Below, piece after piece: positions 62,023 through 64,000 of a DNA stretch of 64,000 bases (within the stretch, counting starts at the first letter, position 1; every line of letters starts with the position of its first letter). The stretch is taken from positions 1 through 64,000 of IMG/VR virus record IMGVR_UViG_2799112248_000007. One strand, given 5' to 3'. A model generated the notes under the pieces. The model made no database searches, was not told where the DNA came from, and saw nothing but the letters and a program-made list of their open reading frames with translations. The translations under genes and the position numbers were made by a program. This stretch comes from a virus. Its lineage: Duplodnaviria; Caudoviricetes.

Positions 62023-63096
62023 ATGACAGTAGTAGGCGGTAATTTAGAGCGCAAAGAGGTAGGATTACCTATTGGTGTTTCAGGAACTCACGATAATACT
62101 GAAATTAATAGGACAACAGGTTTTCTACAATTGATGCAAGTTGATGTTGATGGTCAAGGAAGACCTATTTATACAGAAAAAGGCTCTTGGACTTCCGATG
62201 TGATTGATTTAGGCGATAAGTTTAAGGATTTTGAAAAAGTATTTACAACCAATACAAAGAATGAAAGAAGCTCTTTCGCAGTATTAACAAGAGTATCAGA
62301 CAATGGTATAGATTGGTCTGATTGGACTGCTATTGCAATGGATGGAACTATTCAATCTGATATAAAACAATATATTCAAGTTAGAATAAATTTGTTTGCA
62401 GGTTTTGTTACAGATTTATTCATTATTTCAAATTCAGATTTCGAAAAAAATGAATTTGTTTTAGAAAAGAAATTAACTGATAGTGGTTATGCAGTTCCAA
62501 CTTTAACATCAAATACATCTTCTTCACTTGGTTTTGCTTTTGCTTCTAGTGAATATAACTATAGCTACGCTCCGTGGAAAGCATTCGATAAAACTGATTC
62601 AGGATACTATAATACAAAGAATGGTGAAGCGACTGGATTCTTAGGATTTTATTTCAAAGAAAAAAAAGTAATCACTAGGTATAAGGTAAGGAGTGCGAAT
62701 AGTAATCAAACATTGTTTTTTCAATGTTTACCTAAAAATTGGGTTTTACAAGGCAGCAATGACACTACAAATGGTACTGATGGCACTTGGGATGACTTGG
62801 ATGTTCAAAACAATCAATCATGGACTACAATAAACACAGATAAGGTATTTGAAGTAAAAAGAGTAAATAAATATCATGCTTATAGACTAAATTGGTCTGC
62901 AAACAATGGTTATGCGGGTTATTCAATTATTGGAGAACTAGATTTTTATGAAGAAGGAACAACGTCACTAAGTCTTAAACGAGATTATAAATTTGATATG
63001 AAACTTGACACTAAATGGTCAGATACAGGAAGCTTACACAGACAAAAAATTACTCGTGCTGATTGGTTAAAGATTGATAGACTTGAGGTGTTATAA
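62023..63096 (+). CDS. Discoidin/F5-8 type C-like domain protein (putative receptor-binding)
   Basis: PTLTSNT..ASSEY..PWKAFD, PKNWVLQGSND, YRLN..NNG..IGELDF. Confidence 0.7.
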   Translation: MTVVGGNLERKEVGLPIGVSGTHDNTEINRTTGFLQLMQVDVDGQGRPIYTEKGSWTSDVIDLGDKFKDFEKVFTTNTKNERSSFAVLTRVSDNGIDWSDWTAIAMDGTIQSDIKQYIQVRINLFAGFVTDLFIISNSDFEKNEFVLEKKLTDSGYAVPTLTSNTSSSLGFAFASSEYNYSYAPWKAFDKTDSGYYNTKNGEATGFLGFYFKEKKVITRYKVRSANSNQTLFFQCLPKNWVLQGSNDTTNGTDGTWDDLDVQNNQSWTTINTDKVFEVKRVNKYHAYRLNWSANNGYAGYSIIGELDFYEEGTTSLSLKRDYKFDMKLDTKWSDTGSLHRQKITRADWLKIDRLEVL

Positions 63097-64000
63097 ATGG
63101 ACATTGTAACAAGCTATGATAATTGGGGTGGAAAAGGAAACCGAACAACTATACTCAGTGGCAACTCAGAAGTGTTTGATGGAACTGAAACTACCTATAT
63201 GTATTATGGTAATGGTGGGCAAATCAATATTAATATTATTTTCAGTGGGCTAGAAGGAAGATTATATATTGATGGCATTAAAGTAATTAGAACAAACTAT
63301 GGATTTAGTGATAAGCAAATATTATTAAATGATGTAGTAATAGGAACTTTTAACGATAATACAGACTCTCCACTACCTATGTTAAAACTCAAGAGAAATG
63401 ACAAATTAACTATCAAAGGAAAGAACAAAGAAACAGGTGGCGGTACATACCCTACCTATATCAGAGAAATTGAGTTTAAAACATATTATGTTCCTGATAA
63501 GTCTTTTATCTATCATGATGGTGAATATAAAAAAATTGAGCAGAAAAAAACTAGTTCAGCGTTTTATAATGGTACAAATTCCTATATGAGAACAACGAAA
63601 GTCCACAAATATAACTTAGTGACATTAGAAACTTGGGTCAGACCCCATGCAATAACTAGTACACATCAAGATATTATGTCAAACGTTGAAAATGGAGGAC
63701 ACTCTATAGGTCTTCTAAACGGAAAACCTTATTCAAGATTTTATTTAAATGGTGCATATAGATATTGTTATGGAAACGAGCTTCCATTAAACCAATGGTC
63801 GCATATAGCAACAACATTTGATGGCAAAAATATTATATTTTATGTAAATGGCGTTAAGGTGAGTGAGCTTGCCTATAGTGGAACGGTTGGAAAGACATCT
63901 GCTATATTTTCATTAGGAGCTAACCCTGCTGTTACCTCTGGATATATAGAGTATTTTCAAGGAGAATTAAAAGATTCAAGAATTTGGACTGTCGCTAGAA
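63097..64000 (+). CDS. LamG/concanavalin-like domain protein, truncated by the window end (not in the ORF track)
   Basis: Hand translation from ATG 63097: TLETWVRP..NQWSHIATTFDG..FYVNG..FQGELKDSRIWTVAR. Confidence 0.8.
   Translation, partial: MDIVTSYDNWGGKGNRTTILSGNSEVFDGTETTYMYYGNGGQININIIFSGLEGRLYIDGIKVIRTNYGFSDKQILLNDVVIGTFNDNTDSPLPMLKLKRNDKLTIKGKNKETGGGTYPTYIREIEFKTYYVPDKSFIYHDGEYKKIEQKKTSSAFYNGTNSYMRTTKVHKYNLVTLETWVRPHAITSTHQDIMSNVENGGHSIGLLNGKPYSRFYLNGAYRYCYGNELPLNQWSHIATTFDGKNIIFYVNGVKVSELAYSGTVGKTSAIFSLGANPAVTSGYIEYFQGELKDSRIWTVAR

Larger units (their letters stand above)
1..64000. mobile_element. SPbeta-like phage-derived element (defective or domesticated prophage or phage-plasmid), extending beyond both window edges
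   Basis: Gene content and order parallel SPbeta yos/yor (replication), yopQ-yopR, yonN-yonK-yonJ and yom (tail) blocks; two divergent arms; no att sites seen. Confidence 0.9.

Overview
The whole window is an AT-rich, SPbeta-like (Bacillales) phage-derived element with two divergent arms that switch strand at about 35.3-35.5 kb. The left arm (minus strand) carries nucleotide metabolism (thyA, a dUTPase-like gene, nrdHIEF), a sporulation-type sigma factor, a complete replisome (DnaE, RecJ, primase, DnaB, putative loader, Sak4, SSB-like, RuvC, RecD2), a Rep-like HTH protein and the YopQ/MrpR(YopR)-like repressor pair. The right arm (plus strand) carries an HTH-Zn regulator, HU, a tRNA/hairpin region, YonK/YonJ-like genes and a long non-contractile tail module (terminator, tube, chaperones, tyrosine recombinase, tape measure protein of about 2340 aa, split Dit, Tal/spike, PAAR-like tip, and the start of a lectin-domain gene run). 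The main anomaly is that no terminase, portal, protease/scaffold or capsid gene is visible at the expected position, and the neighbouring putative head-closure gene is a pseudogene. Accessory genes, the DNA ligase and most tRNAs are decayed, while replication, regulation and tail genes are intact. This suggests a domesticated, head-less, possibly self-amplifying phage-tail (tailocin-like) system. It also carries a strand-oriented 19-bp regulatory motif and a set of hairpins with anti-Shine-Dalgarno loops. All homology calls come from motif recognition and synteny; no searches were run.
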